From: Octopus sinensis
Lineage: Eukaryota
DNA: 64,000 bases
Assembly (NCBI RefSeq): GCF_006345805.1
Contig: NC_042997.1
Coordinates: 111,042,001-111,106,000 of the forward strand
Direction: 5' to 3'
Below the pieces are notes generated by a model. It made no database searches, was not told where the DNA came from, and saw only the letters and a list, made by a program, of their open reading frames with translations. This document shows, one piece after another, positions 39,290 through 53,310 of this stretch (positions are counted from its first letter, which is position 1; each line of letters starts with the position of its first letter). The translations under genes and the position numbers were made by a program.

Positions 39290-40250
39290 TCTTCTCAAGC
39301 ATGACGTAATTCCAAACGTCTCAAGTCATTCGTCATTGCCACTGTGAGGCTCAAAACTCAAAAGGTGCCAGTTACAAGATACCAGCATCAGCTATGACCA
39401 CGATTTCACTTGGTATGACAGGCCTTCTCAAGCAGAGCATATCACCAAAGGTCTTGGTCACTACTAATTGCCTCTGTGACGCCCAAAGTGCAAAGATCAT
39501 ACTTCACCATCTCGTCTGATGTCTTCCTGGGTCTACCTCTACCACAGGTTTCCTCTACAGTTAAAGATTACCACCTCTTTACACAGCTGTCTTTGTCCAT
39601 ATGCATCACATGACCATACCAACACAGTCATCTCTCTTGCACACCACATCTGATGATTCTTATGCCTAACTTTTCTCTCAAGACGCTAACAATCTGTCAA
39701 ACATACTGACATTGCACATCCAGCGCAGCATACTAGATTTTATTTCTCTCAAACCTACACATTTCCTCAGCAGTCACAGTCCATGTTTCACTGCCATGTA
39801 GCATAGGTGTTAGCACACAGGCATCATACAATCTGCCTTTCACTCTGAGAGAGAGGCCCTTTGTTGCCAGCAAAGCTAGGAGCTCTCTGAACTTTGCCCA
39901 GCATATTCTTATTCTCACAGCCATGCTCTGAGAGCATTCACCTCCAGTACTAACTTGGTTACTTAGATAACAGAAGCTATCTACTACTTACCCACCTGGC
40001 TGTTGATGAAGTCTATTTTCTGTACATTTTCAGTGTTTATTATCCCTGTGCATCTTCCACACACATAAGCTTGTTTCCCTGTTAACCTCCCTCTTATATT
40101 GCTGCACCTCTCATATGTCCATAGCCTACACCAGGTACATCTTATGGAATTTCTACCTATGCCTTTTCTACAGACTGAGCAGGGTCATCTACCTGAATGT
40201 ATTTGGGATTTGTCTCCCTTCCTACGTACTAAGTCTTCGGTTTTTGCTAG
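39290..40250 (-). mobile_element. RTE-clade LINE 3' region
   Basis: RIRICWAKFRELLALLATKGLSLRVKGRLYDACVLTPMLHGSETWTVTAEEMCRFERN; continues into an RTE/SINE B tail. Confidence 0.85.
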
Positions 40251-40287
40251 GTTAACTCTAAGGCCCATATAAGTATTGGTGTATATA

Positions 40288-40524
40288 GACAGGGTTGGCC
40301 AAAAGTCACCCAACAGTAAATCAAAATTCCATAATTACTATCTGTAATTCTTTATTGACTCGAATGGAAAAGTGTGTTGCTCAAGAAGGACTTCAGTTTG
40401 AACAATTATCATGATGTTTCGTATTTAGATGCTTTTATTAAATTCATTCGGTTGTTAAACATAAATAAATCTTGGAATTAAATGGGTTTCATTTAGTGTC
40501 AGGTGACTTTTGACCAACCCTACA
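40288..40524. mobile_element. Tc1/mariner-type MITE
   Basis: TIRs cagggttggccaaaagtcacc / ggtgacttttgaccaaccct. Confidence 0.75.
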
Positions 40525-40675
40525 TGTATATGTATATGTGTGTGTATGTGCGCGCGTGCACGCGTGTGTGTATGCATGTATGTATGAATGTATGTATGTA
40601 TGTATGTATGTATGTATGTATGTATGTATGTATGTATGTATGTATATATGTATGTATGTATGTGTATATATATAT

Positions 40676-40701
<26 letters not shown>

Positions 40702-40708
<7 letters not shown>

Positions 40709-40837
40709 TAAGTATAGGAAAGAATGGAGCTGAACGAAGATTTAACAAAATTCCTTTATTTTATTTATTTATTTATTTATTTACTAAATCTTGTTAAATC
40801 TTCGTTCAGCTCCATTCTTTCCTATACTTAATATATA
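40702..40837. repeat. Perfect 47-bp inverted repeat with 42-nt spacer
   Basis: 40702-40748 tatatattaagtataggaaagaatggagctgaacgaagatttaacaa is the exact reverse complement of 40791-40837. Confidence 0.95.
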
Positions 40838-41569
40838 AAACTTCAAATTTCCGCACTAAGGCACGGATTTTATGCCCCATGGTCGTAACTTCAACCGTGC
40901 TCTTTCTGTTGTGATTTTTGCTACCCAGGTATCGGTTATCATTTGAATTATCCGTAATAAGATAATTCATTTATCTACTTCAATAATATATGTATATATA
41001 TGTATGTATGTATATAAAAGAAGAAAAAGAAAATGGAGATTGGGATGTTAATAATTGTTCAATATTAACAGCAAATTAATCATCATCCCTTACAGCTGTT
41101 TCAGTTAATACTGTTTAGGTCAGTTCATCCCAAATTCTTTGTAAACTCCTAAACATATCGCCTTCTGTATATATATATACCACCAAAATATGACCTTTTT
41201 GAACTTATAATTTTCTGTGTATATATATAGATACTTCCAAACAAACATGATTTTTAATGAAATCCTAATATTTTTAATGAACTTTTTAATAATTTCTCAA
41301 GATATTTTCTGTAAACTGTTTTTAACATGTTCTTCTTATTATCAAAGAATGTATATATGTATTGTAATATTTTGTGACAACCAGTACCTAACACAACAAA
41401 GCTTTTACATGTTACTTTTGACAATCTTTTTCTAAAAAAGTGAAACTGGTCAGGTGAATAAACATCTTTAAAATTGCATTTTCAAACCTTCTTTCATATA
41501 TATATTTCCACTCATGTGGTACCTTATAATTTCACTTTGCTATATATATATATATATATATATATATCC

Positions 41570-41925
41570 AAACGTGGCCGATGCCAGCGCCGCCCCGACT
41601 GGCTCCTGTGCCGGTAGCACATAAAAAGCACCATCCGAACGTGGCTATTGCCAGCGCCGCCTTGGCTGGCTTCCATACCGGTGGCACGTTAAAAGCTCCA
41701 ACCGATCGCGACCGATGCCGGACCCCCCTGGTACCTGTGCAGGTGGCATGTAAAAAGCACCCACTACACTCGCGGAGTGGTTGGCGTTAGCAAGGGCATC
41801 CAGCTGTAGAAACTCTGCCAGATCAGACTGGAGCCTGGTGCAGCCCCTGGCTTCCCAGACCCCGGTCGAACCATCCAACCCATGCTAGACGGAAAACGAA
41901 CGTTAAACGATGATGATGATGATGA
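41570..41925 (+). mobile_element. Young family B SINE (CpGs retained)
   Basis: Same consensus, many intact CpGs. Confidence 0.85.
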
Positions 41926-42485
41926 TATATATATATATATATATATATATAGTGTAATAAATAAAATATATGCATACATACAAACATATATGTACGTACC
42001 GACATCTACATGTATATATATATGCATATATAAATATATATACGTACAGGACATCACAGGAAGACGAAAATATCAACAGAACAAAAACGAAAAAGACATT
42101 TTGTTACAACAGAAGGACAGAGACGTGGAACAAGACGAAACGAAAACGAAAACGGGAAAAACAATTATGTGCAGCGGAAAAACGAAGTACAATATATATA
42201 GGTGTGTATCTTTGATTATATGTCTATAACTGATTTCATTTTCTGCCCATTTGTTATAAATTACAATTTTATTGATAGACCTTTAGTTTCCTTGTTGTTG
42301 CTGTTGTTGTTGAAGCTATCACATGTGCTGCAGTAATGACATCTTTAAGATAAAGTCAAGGAAATTGTTCTAAAAGAGCAGATTCTAAATCCATTCTCTG
42401 GAATTATCTCTCTATTCTCTAATATGATATTTACAGAAGGTCTGTTTCTTGAACTTATGAGGCAGGTATATATACATACGCGCGC

Positions 42486-42531
<46 letters not shown>

Positions 42532-42689
42532 ATGTTTATTTTTTCTGTTCGGTTTTAATAGAAACAATTTTACATTAATCTCATGTGTTACTCTATACAT
42601 TTTTTAGAACACAGATTTATTCTTCTTAAGCAAGAATATTATTGACAGTGACTTCAAAATCATATGTATATATATTTTCTCTCTTTTCT

Positions 42690-42880
42690 CTTTTACTTGT
42701 TTCAGTCATTTGACTAAGACCATGCTGGAGCACCGCCTTTAGTTGAGCAAATCAACCCTAGGACTTATTCTTTGGAAGCCTAGTACTTATTCTATCGGTC
42801 TCTTTTGCCGAACCACTAGCTTACAGAGACATAAACACACCACCATTGGTTGTCAAGCGATGTTGAGGGGACAAACACAG

Positions 42881-42913
<33 letters not shown>

Positions 42914-43040
42914 CGACGGGCTACTTTCAGTTTCCCTCTACCAAATCCACTCACAAGGCTTTGCTCAGCCTGAGGCTATAGTAGAAGACACTTGCCCAAG
43001 GTGCCATATAGTGGGACTGAACCCGGAACCATGTGGTGTA
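42690..43040 (-). mobile_element. Family A SINE
   Basis: Reverse complement of the 52899 copy. Confidence 0.85.
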
Positions 43041-43567
43041 TATATATATATATATATATAGACTATATATTATTCATATAAATACAGTGTACATTTAAAC
43101 ACATAAGAGGTATCCATTATGGGATACTTGGCATGCTAGAAAGAATAGCCAAAATCCAAACCACTATTAGGGATAAATTTCGAAGGGAATGAAAAATAAA
43201 AACATTTACCATCTATCTCTTGGACCATGGTTTCTGACTTTATATTAGCAAATAGTAATAGAGCTAAAAGCTCCCTAAACCACATATTTTTTACTCCATT
43301 AACACTTTCAACCTGTGCTAGTAGAGTGAAAAATATGTGCTTTATAGAACTATTAGCATCTATTTCTAGCATGTTGGTGTGGTTTATTCAGACCCTTTGC
43401 TCTGATTATATCTATATAATTATATATCAAAATATGGGGGTTTAGTTCACATGTGATCTAAACAACTAGTTACAGTGGGTAAGTGCTGTAAGGGATTACC
43501 AGGGCTCCAAGGTTATAGCCAAGATGGGAGTTATGGAACCATTGCAGATTTCCGATATAGCGGATAC

Positions 43568-43916
43568 ATAATTGTTAAAGAGGACAACAAACGCTAAGGC
43601 TAGACAAACATCTCAAGTCATATACATTAGTATTATTTAGAAAAAAATATATTCAAAAATCTTACAGCTGTTTCTGGGATATCCCAGAATATGGGATAGT
43701 CCATCATCGGAGACAAATAGGGACAATCTATACTCTTCTGTGTGTTTATCCCCCAGCATTGCTTTTCCCTATTTATCTCTGTTGATGGAATATCCCTTGT
43801 TTTGGAATATCTCAGAAACAGCTGTAAGACTTTGACTTTTTCCAATAATAATAATAATGTATATGACTGGAGATGTTTGTCTTGCCTTAACGTTTGTTGT
43901 CCTCTTTAACAATTAT
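43568..43916. mobile_element. Long fold-back MITE (~150-bp arms)
   Basis: ataattgttaaagaggacaacaaacg...cttacagctgtttctg pairs with cagaaacagctgtaag...cgtttgttgtcctctttaacaattat. Confidence 0.85.
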
Positions 43917-45759
43917 ATAATTTATATATCTGTATAAATAGTTACCTAAATGGTTTTAACATGCTGGCCACTTGATAAAATCATTTAATGGTTTTATCTT
44001 TCATTGATTAATTATATGTGTATGTGTGTGTGTGATAGCCGTCTTTACCCACAAATAAATAACATTTAACCACCAATGTGGTGTTGAGCACACATTCTCA
44101 CTTTTCAATCATCATCATCACCACCAACACCAACACCACCACCACTACCACCACCACCACCATATGTACCACATGACCAGCACAGTTTTCCATGACACAT
44201 CTGAAGCCCCTAAGACCCATTTTTTCTTTTAAAATCCTTACAATCTGTTGCACATGCACAGTGACATTGCACATCCCATGGAATATGTTGGCTACATTCC
44301 TTTCAAGCCTTTGCATGTCCTCTACAGTTACAGCCCATGTTTCACTGCCATGTAGCATGGCTGTTTGTTCACAGGCATCATACAATCTGGCTCCTGATCT
44401 GTGGGAGAAGTCCTTTGTTACCAACTAATAAGTACCAGTCCTATTCCAGTTATATGTAATTCAGGCCATAGCCTAATGAAAATAGAACACCAAATGCAAG
44501 CTGTAGATAAGACTGGCTTAAAAAAACATTTATTGTTGCAAAACAATTTACAGCAGGTTTTATAGATAGGAAATGAACCAATCAGGATTAACCTATTTCT
44601 TTACTACCCACAAGGGGCTAAACATAGAGTGGACAAACAAGGACAGACAAAGGGATTAAGTCGATTACATCAACCCCAGTGCGTAACTGGTACTTAATTT
44701 ATCGACCCCGAAAGGATGAAAAGCAAAGTTGACCGTGGCGGAATTTGAACTCACAACATAACGGCAGACGAAACACTGCTAAGCATTTTGCCCAGCGAAA
44801 CCATCATACACACACACACACGGGCGATAGACTGAATGACACATAACACGTAGTCGTGAGTTCAAGATGTAACACCAACAAAGCTCTCTGAACTTTGCCC
44901 TATTCTTATTCTAGCAGCTACACTCTCAGAACATCCTCCTTCACTGCTGACTTGGGATCCAGTTAATGGAAGCTATCTATTACTTTTAAGGATACCACTG
45001 GGCATTTGACAGGGTCTATATTCTGTACATTCCTAGTGTTAATTGTACCTGCACATCTGCTCCAAACAAAGATTGTTTTCTCTGTTAGCCTTCCTCTGAT
45101 ACTACTGCACTTCTTATGTGTTCATAGCTTACAGTGGGTACACCATATGGATTTTCTGCCTAGACTTTTTCTACATATCAAGCAGGGCCATCTTCCAGAA
45201 GGGATTTATGATTTTTCTGTTTTCCTACTTACTAGTGGTTTGGTCAATGGTAAACTAATTCTAAGTTCACTTGACACCAGATCTTTTATTCTTTTATTCT
45301 TTTGTTTGTTTCAGTTATTTTGATTGTGGCCATACTGGAGCACTGCCTTTAGTTGAGCAAACCGACCCAGGACTTATTCTTTGTAAGCCTAGTACTTATT
45401 CTATCAGTCGCTTTTACCGAACTGTTAAGTCATGGAGATGTAAACACACCAGCATTGGTTGTCAAGTGATGTCGAGGGGGACACACACGCAAACATACAC
45501 ACACACACAGACACAGACACACGCACATACACACACAAACACACACACACGCACACACACACACACACACTCACACACATATACGATGAGCTTTTTTTAG
45601 TTTCCATCTACCAAATCCACTCACAAGGCCTTTGGTTGGCCTGAGGCTATAGTAGAAGACACTTGCCCTGCCCAAGGTGCCACACAGAAGGACTGAACCT
45701 GGAACCATGTGGTTGGGAAGCAAGCTACTTACCACCTGAAATTTTGTCTCTAGTTCTCG

Positions 45760-46440
45760 TAATAATTCAGCTATAAGAACTTGATCATCAGCATAGAGGG
45801 GCCCCCAAGGGCAGCCGGTCTTATATTCCTGTTATGGCCTGGAGGACTATGATGAACAAGAAGGGACTGAGAACCAATCCTTGGTGAAGCACCTGTACAC
45901 CAAATTCTTTGCTATACTTGTTGTCAATTTTCCCCTTATGGACAGTATCCTTGTACATGCCTTGTACAGCTCTCACCAACCTCTCATCTATCCCTAGCTT
46001 CTGCATTGACCAGCAGATAAGGGAGTTGGGGTCCCTGTCAAAGGCTTTCTCCATGTCAACAAAAGCCAAGTACAGGTGTTTATTTTTGGCTAAATACTTC
46101 TGCAGCTGCCTTACCAGGAATATAACATCAGAGTTCTTCTCCCTGGCACAAAACCGATCTGCATCTCATCTAGACTAACTCTCTTCTTAATTAGTCGAGC
46201 TATGATCCTCTTTTTAACTTTCATCACCTGGTCCAGTAATTTAATACCATTGTAATTATTTCCATCTAAGGCATCACCTTTGTAACAGTTGATCATAATG
46301 CTGCTACACCAGTCATTAGGGATGACTCCCTCACGGAAACCTAATCAACCATATGGATGACAAAGGCCATATTCCACTCAACGAGATATTTTAAGCATCT
46401 CAGCAGTGGTACCTGATGGGCTGGGGCTTTCTCTGTCATT
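45760..46440 (-). mobile_element. RTE-clade RT fragment (second copy ~49100-49760)
   Basis: KGDALDGNNYNGIKLLDQVMKV...DEMQIGFVPGR; AFVDMEKAFDR; HQGLVLSPFLFIIVLQAIT. Confidence 0.9.
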
Positions 46441-46639
46441 TCCTTAATCACTTAGCGTGTGTGTGTAGATGACGTTGGTAAGTAAATTCCTAGTAGATAT
46501 TATTACTGTTCCAGGAAGAATTGTTTTAAAGAGTTTTCAAGAAATGGCCTTGCATAGAAATTATTTCAATGAGATTGTTGTAAAAAATTTGTCTTGTCAT
46601 TTCCGAGGAATATTTAAGAATTCTGTCATGTTATAAACA

Positions 46640-47420
46640 TGGCAGAAGTGGACATAAGTGGATGGAAAGTGGTCAGATTGGATAGAAGTGGTCAGAGGTG
46701 GAGAGAAGTAAACAGCGGGGTACAAGAAAGGACAGAAGAGAAAAAAAAATGGAAGAAAAGGCAAAAAAAAAAGGACAGAAAGTGGACAAACGGTAAAATA
46801 AATGGACAAAAGGATGTGGATGTGGAGAGAAATCGACAAAAGAGGCCAGAAGAGGACAGAAATAGTCAAAGAACTGGGGAAGAGGTGGACAGATAGAGAC
46901 AGAGGTGGACACAAATGAATAGAAGAGCACAGTTGGCATAAAGGGACATTAATATGCAAAGGGGGATAGATGTGGACAGATAGAGACAAACAGGGGACAA
47001 AAAAAGTTGGATGTCAATAAAAGAGGACAGAAAATAAAAGAGATGGAAAGAAGAGGACAGAGTTGCACAGAGATGAGCAGAATGGTGACAGAAGTGGACA
47101 GGAGAAGACATAGGGAGATAAAAGGGGGTAGAATTTAAAAGGGGAAGAGTATAACAGATGGAAGTGGACAGAGGTGGACATAAGTAAGAGATAAGTGAAG
47201 AGAAGTGGGCAGAAGTAGACAGAAATTGTCAGAAGTAGACATAGGAGGACAAAAGAGGGTACAAGTTGACAACTTGAGAGAAGAGGACTGAGGTGGACAA
47301 AAGGGAACAAGAAGGGAAAGAAGTGGACAGAGAAGAACAATAGTGAGCAGAATTAACAGAAGCAGACAGAGGAAGACATTAGTGGACAGAAGTGAACAGG
47401 AGAACAGAGAAAGGAGAGTA
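46640..47420. repeat. Degenerate purine-rich ~10-11-nt repeat (GAAGTGGACAG-like); second copy ~49970-50760
   Basis: Recurrent gtggaca/gaggaca units with strong strand asymmetry. Confidence 0.75.
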
Positions 47421-50400
47421 GTAGAATTACCAGTTTGTTTGTTTCATTTTGCGTTTGTTTTTTTTTTTTTTTATGTTTTTTTTTTGAAAATCAAAGTAAA
47501 AGAATTTGGTTTAGATTCTTAGAAAAGAAAGATATATAAATGGCAAATAAAAAAAATCTGAAATATTTTCAAATACTGAGAGGAAAACAAAAGACTGGAT
47601 AAGATAATGGTGGAATGGAATAATGGAATGTTTTGTAATTCAGCAGTTTTTCCCATTTAAAGTGTTTTTACATAATAAGTATAAGACATGTTTATCATTT
47701 GGACAAACTATTTGGTACTTAACAGATCGTTGCTCCAAGACAAAAGCAAGATAGTGTTGCTGACAATACGATGGACACTTTGGAATTTGTTCTCAAGATT
47801 CCTTCCGGTATTAAAATATTTCATGTCTTATTGACAACAACTCATCAGTGGACCATCTTTGGGATATTTTTAGTAAAGAGATCTTCAGATTTAGTCTTTG
47901 GCCTTGAAAGATTTTCATCACATTTAGTTTCTTATTTCTTTATTGCCCACAAGGGGCTAAATATAGAGGGGGCAAACAAGGACAGACAAAGGGATTAAGT
48001 CGATTACATCAACCCCAGTGCGTAACTGGTACTTAATTTATCGACCCCGAAAGGATGAAAAGCAAAGTTGACCGTGGCGAATTTGAACTCACAACATAAC
48101 GGCAGACGAAACACTGCTAAGCATTTTGCCCAGCGAAACCATCATACACACACACACACGGGCGATAGACTGAATGACACATAACACGTAGTCGTGAGTT
48201 CAAGATGTAACACCACAAAGCTCTCTGAACTTTGCCCTATTCTTATTCTAGCAGCTACACTCTCAGAACATCCTCCTTCACTGCTGACTTGGGATCCAGT
48301 TAATGGAAGCTATCTATTACTTTTAAGGATACCACTGGGCATTTGACAGGGTCTATATTCTGTACATTCCTAGTGTTAATTGTACCTGCACATCTGCTCC
48401 AAACAAAGATTGTTTCTCTGTTAGCCTTCCTCTGATACTACTGCACTTCTTATGTGTTCATAGCTTACAGTGGGTACACATATGGATTTTCTGCCTAGAC
48501 TTTTTCTACATATCAAGCAGGGCCATCTTCCAGAAGGGATTTATGATTTTTCTGTTTTCCTACTTACTAGTGGTTTGGTCAATGGTAAACTAATTCTAAG
48601 TTCACTTGACACCAGATCTTTTATTCTTTTATTCTTTTGTTTGTTTCAGTTATTTGATTGTGGCCATACTGGAGCACTGCCTTTAGTTGAGCAAACCGAC
48701 CCAGGACTTATTCTTTGTAAGCCTAGTACTTATTCTATCAGTCGCTTTTACCGAACTGTTAAGTCATGGAGATGTAAACACACCAGCATTGGTTGTCAAG
48801 TGATGTCGAGGGGGACACACACGCAAACATACACACACACACAGACACAGACACACGCACATACCACACACAAACACACACACGCAACACACACACAACA
48901 CACTCACACACATATACGATGAGCTTTTTTTAGTTTCCATCTACCAAATCCACTCACAAGGCCTTGGTTGGCCTGAGGCTATAGTAGAAGACACTTGCCC
49001 TGCCCAAGGTGCCACACAGAAGGACTGAACCTGGAACCATGTGGTTGGGAAGCAAGCTACTTACACCTGAAATTTGTCTCTAGTTCTCGTAATAATTCAG
49101 CTATAGAACTTGATCATCAGCATAGAGGGGCCCCCAGGGCAGCCGGTCTTATATTCCTGTTATGGCCTGGAGGACTATGATGAACAAGAAGGGACTGAGA
49201 ACCAATCCTTGGTGAAGCACTGTACACCAAATTCTTTGCTATACTTGTTGTCAATTTTCCCCTTATGGACAGTATCCTTGTACCATGCCTTGTACAGCTC
49301 TCACCAACCTCTCATCTATCCCTAGCTTCTGCATTGACCAGCAGATAAGGGAGTTGTTGGGGTCCCTGTCAAAGGCTTTCTCCATGTCAACAAAAGCCAA
49401 GTACAGGTGTTTATTTTTGGCAAATACTTCTGCAGCTGCCTTACCAGGAATAAACATCAGAGTTCTTCTCCCTGGCACAAAACCGAGCTGCATCTCATCT
49501 AGACTAAACTCTCTTCTTAATTAGTCGAGCTATGATCCTCTTTTTAACTTTCATCACCTGGTCCAGTAATTTAATACCATTGTAATTATTTCCATCTAAG
49601 GCATCACACTTTGTAACAGTTGATCATAATGCTGCTACACCAGTCATTAGGGATGACTCCCTCACGGAAACCTAATCAACCATATGGATGACAAAGCCAT
49701 ATTTCCACTCAACGAGATATTTTAAGCATCTCAGCAGTGGTACCTGATGGGCTGGGGCTTTCTCTGTCATTTCCTTAATCACTTAGCGTGTGTGTGTAGA
49801 TGACGTTGGTAAGTAAATTCCTAGTAGATATTATTACTGTTCCAGGAGAATTGTTTTAAAGAGTTTTCAAGAAATGGCCTTGCATAGAAATTATTTCAAT
49901 GAGATTGTTTGTAAAAAATTTGTCTTGTCATTTCCGAGGAATATTTAAGAATTCTGTCATGTTATAAACATGGCAGCAGAAGTGGACATAAGTGGATGGA
50001 AAGTGGTCAGATTGGATAGAAGTGGTCAGAGGTGGAGAGAAGTAAACAGCGGGGTACAAGAAAGGACAGAAGAGAAAAAAAAATGGAAGAAAAGGCAAAA
50101 AAAAAAGGACAGAAAGTGGACAAACGGTAAAATAAATGGACAAAAGGATGTGGATGTGGAGAGAAATCGACAAAAGAGGCCAGAAGAGGACAGAAATAGT
50201 CAAAGAACTGGGGAAGAGGTGGACAGATAGAGACAGAGGTGGACACAAATGAATAGAAGAGCACAGTTGGCATAAAGGGACATTAATATGCAAAGGGGGA
50301 TAGATGTGGACAGATAGAGACAAAAGGGGACAAAAAAAGTTGGATGTCATAAAAGAGGACAGAAAATAAAAGAGATGGAAAGAAGAGGACAGAGTTGCAC

Positions 50401-51485
50401 AGAGATGAGCAGAATGGTGACAGAAGTGGACAGGAGAAGACATAGGGAGATAAAAGGGGGTAGAATTTAAAAAGGGGAAGACTATAACAGATGGAAGTGG
50501 ACAGAGGTGGACATAAGTAAGAGATAAGTGAAGAGAAGTGGGCAGAAGTAGACAGAAATTGTCAGAGTAGACATAGGAGGACAAAAGAGGGTACAAGTTG
50601 ACAACTTGAGAGAAGAGGACTGAGGTGGACAAAAGGGAACAAGAAGGGAAAGAAGTGGACAGAGAAGAACAATAGTGAGCAGAATTAACAGAAGCAGACA
50701 GAGGAAGACATTAGTGGACAGAAGTGAACAGGAGAACAGAGAAAGGAGAGTAGTAGAATTACCAGTTTGTTTGTTTCATTTTGCGTTTGTTTTTTTTTTT
50801 GTTTATGTTTTTTTTTTGAAAATCAAAGTAAAAGAATTTGGTTTAGATTCTTAGAAAAGAAAGATATATAAATGGCAAATAAAAAAAATCTGAAATATTT
50901 TCAAATACTGAGAGGAAAACAAAAGACTGGATAAGATAATGGTGGAATGGAATAATGGAATGTTTTGTAATTCAGCAGTTTTTCCCATTTAAAGTGTTTT
51001 TACATAATAAGTATAAGACATGTTATCATTTGGACAAACTATTTGGTACTTAACAGATCGTTGCTCCAAGACAAAAGCAAGATAGTGTTGCTGACAATAC
51101 GATGGACACTTTGGAATTTGTTCTCAAGATTCCTTCCGGTATTAAAATATTTCATGTCTTATTGACAACAACTCATCAGTGGACCATCTTTGGGATATTT
51201 TTAGTAAAGAGATCTTCAGATTTAGTCTTTGGCCTTGAAAGATTTTCATCACATTTTCCTCATCGTCATCATTGTCATCATCATCATCATCATTTTCATC
51301 ATCATCCTCATCGTTTTAATGCCTGCTTTCCCATGCTCACAAGGACCAGATGGAATTTGTTGAGTTTAGATTTTCTATAGCTTGGTACCCTTCCAACTGC
51401 AAACCATCAACTGTTTTCCAAGCATCACAAAATTTCAACACACACACACATACAAGCATACATATACATATACATACATACATAC

Positions 51486-51523
<38 letters not shown>

Positions 51524-51714
51524 GGCGTTAGGAAGGGCATCCAGCCATGGAAACACAGCCAGATCAGACTGGAGCATGGTGCAGCCTCCTGGCTTCCCAG
51601 ACCCTGGTTGAACCATCCAACCCATGCTAGCATGGAAAACGGACATTAAACGATGATGATGATATATATATATATATGTATCAAATGAAATAAAGAACAG
51701 AACACAAAGGATGT

Positions 51715-51808
51715 CGCGGTACACATGTTTCGAGCTTTATAAAACAACTTATTCTTACATCAATGTATAATCAACATAACAGATAGTTTAAAGCCCTCTT
51801 CAGCTGCA
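51715..51808 (-). ncRNA. Hammerhead-like motif with long stem II loop
   Basis: Minus strand: gcag CTGAAGA gggcttta-(~55 nt)-taaagctc GAA ACATGTGT A ccgc. Confidence 0.4.
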
Positions 51809-52898
51809 TGCAATTGCTACACCAAAGACTTGTATCACATTATGAAAGGTCTGAGAAAGAACATTTGGTATTATTTATAATGGTAGGTAAACTGAGTATC
51901 ACTGAGAAAGTATGTTTGTAAATCTTCATAATCAAATAGGTGTACAGGGTATTATTGGACTCCAAAAATCCGTCCAAACCGTTTTCTCACTCAATATGTA
52001 TGTTCTTATTTTTATCATTTTGTCTCCATTTTTTTGATGTCCTGTACCCATATATCCATGTATATTTACATATATATGTACATATGTACATATATGTATG
52101 TATATATGCATATATTCATATATTATTTATATTATTATATGATCGAACGCCACGTATCCTTTTCCAAGTAAGTTTTATCTTAATAATTCCAATGCACACT
52201 CTTGTCCTATCTCTATTCTTTCTATCTATCTCCCTCTCTTGTTCTTCCTTTCTGTTTTTCTCCCACCCTTTCCCTATTCTTCTCCTCTTCCCTTCACTGT
52301 TCCCCCGCTCTCTCTCTCTCTCACTCTTCCTCCATGACTCTCTCGTTGTTCACATGTGACCAACAGCTATCTATCTTCCTTTCTTCCACTTCCTTCCTAA
52401 AGACAAGATGTGCTTTTGCCTCTCTCTTCTCAAAGCTTGTTTTTCCAGCATTTACCACTTCATCTCGTCTTGGCTTAACATCCCTCTCCATTTGTTTTTA
52501 TTGTTCTGTTCTTAATGTCCTGTTTTTGTTACCACTTTAACCCTCCGCAAAAAATCCCAAATTTTATTTAATTTGCTTTGCAGGAAGGACTGTTTTAACA
52601 AAGTCACATCTTGTCCTTACCTTTGAAATGCAGAGTAGATAAAACAGGGGACAACTGATGAAGGCAATGTTCTTTATGTTGCCTGTCTCATTTCTCTGTT
52701 TGTTTCTTTCTTTCATTGTTCGAAAAAAAGTACATTTTCTATATTTTTGTTTTTTATGTTCTCATTTCTCATTTTGTTTACGTTTTTTTTAATGCCCTGT
52801 ACTCATATATGCCTGTATATATACATATATATGTAGGTATGTACACATATGTATGTATATATGCATATATTTATATATCATTTATATAAATATATATA

Positions 52899-53310
52899 GG
52901 AGTGGCTGTGTGGTAAGTAGCTTGCTAACCAACCACATGGTTCCGGGTTCAGTCCCACTGCGTGGCATCTTAGGCAAGTGTCTTCTGCTATAGCCCCGGG
53001 CCGACCAAAACCTTGTGAGTGGATTTGGTAGACGGAAACTGAAAGAAGCCTGTCGTATATATGTATATATATATATATAATATATGTATGTGTGTGTGTG
53101 TTTGTGTGTCTGTGTTTGTCCCCCTAGCATTGCCTGACAACCAATGCTGGTGTGTTTACGTCCCTGTCACTTAGCGGTTCAGCAAAAGAGACTGATAGAA
53201 TAAGTACTGGGCTTACAAAGAATAAGTTCCGGGGTCGATTTGCTCGACTAAAGGCGGTGCTCCAGCATGGCCGCAGTCAAATGACTGAAACAAGTAAAAG
53301 GGTAAAAGGG
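52899..53310 (+). mobile_element. Full-length family A tRNA-derived SINE
   Basis: A-box-like tggctgtgtggtaag, B-box-like ggttcagtccc, central (TA)/(TG) tract, gactgaaacaagtaaaag tail. Confidence 0.9.

Larger units (their letters stand above)
44634..51256. repeat. Tandem segmental duplication, 2 x ~3.3 kb (44634-47925 and 47973-51256)
   Basis: Collinear identity through SINE C, RTE fragment, SINE A, RTE RT, purine-rich repeat and unique tail. Differences are mostly 1-3-nt indels. Confidence 0.95.
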
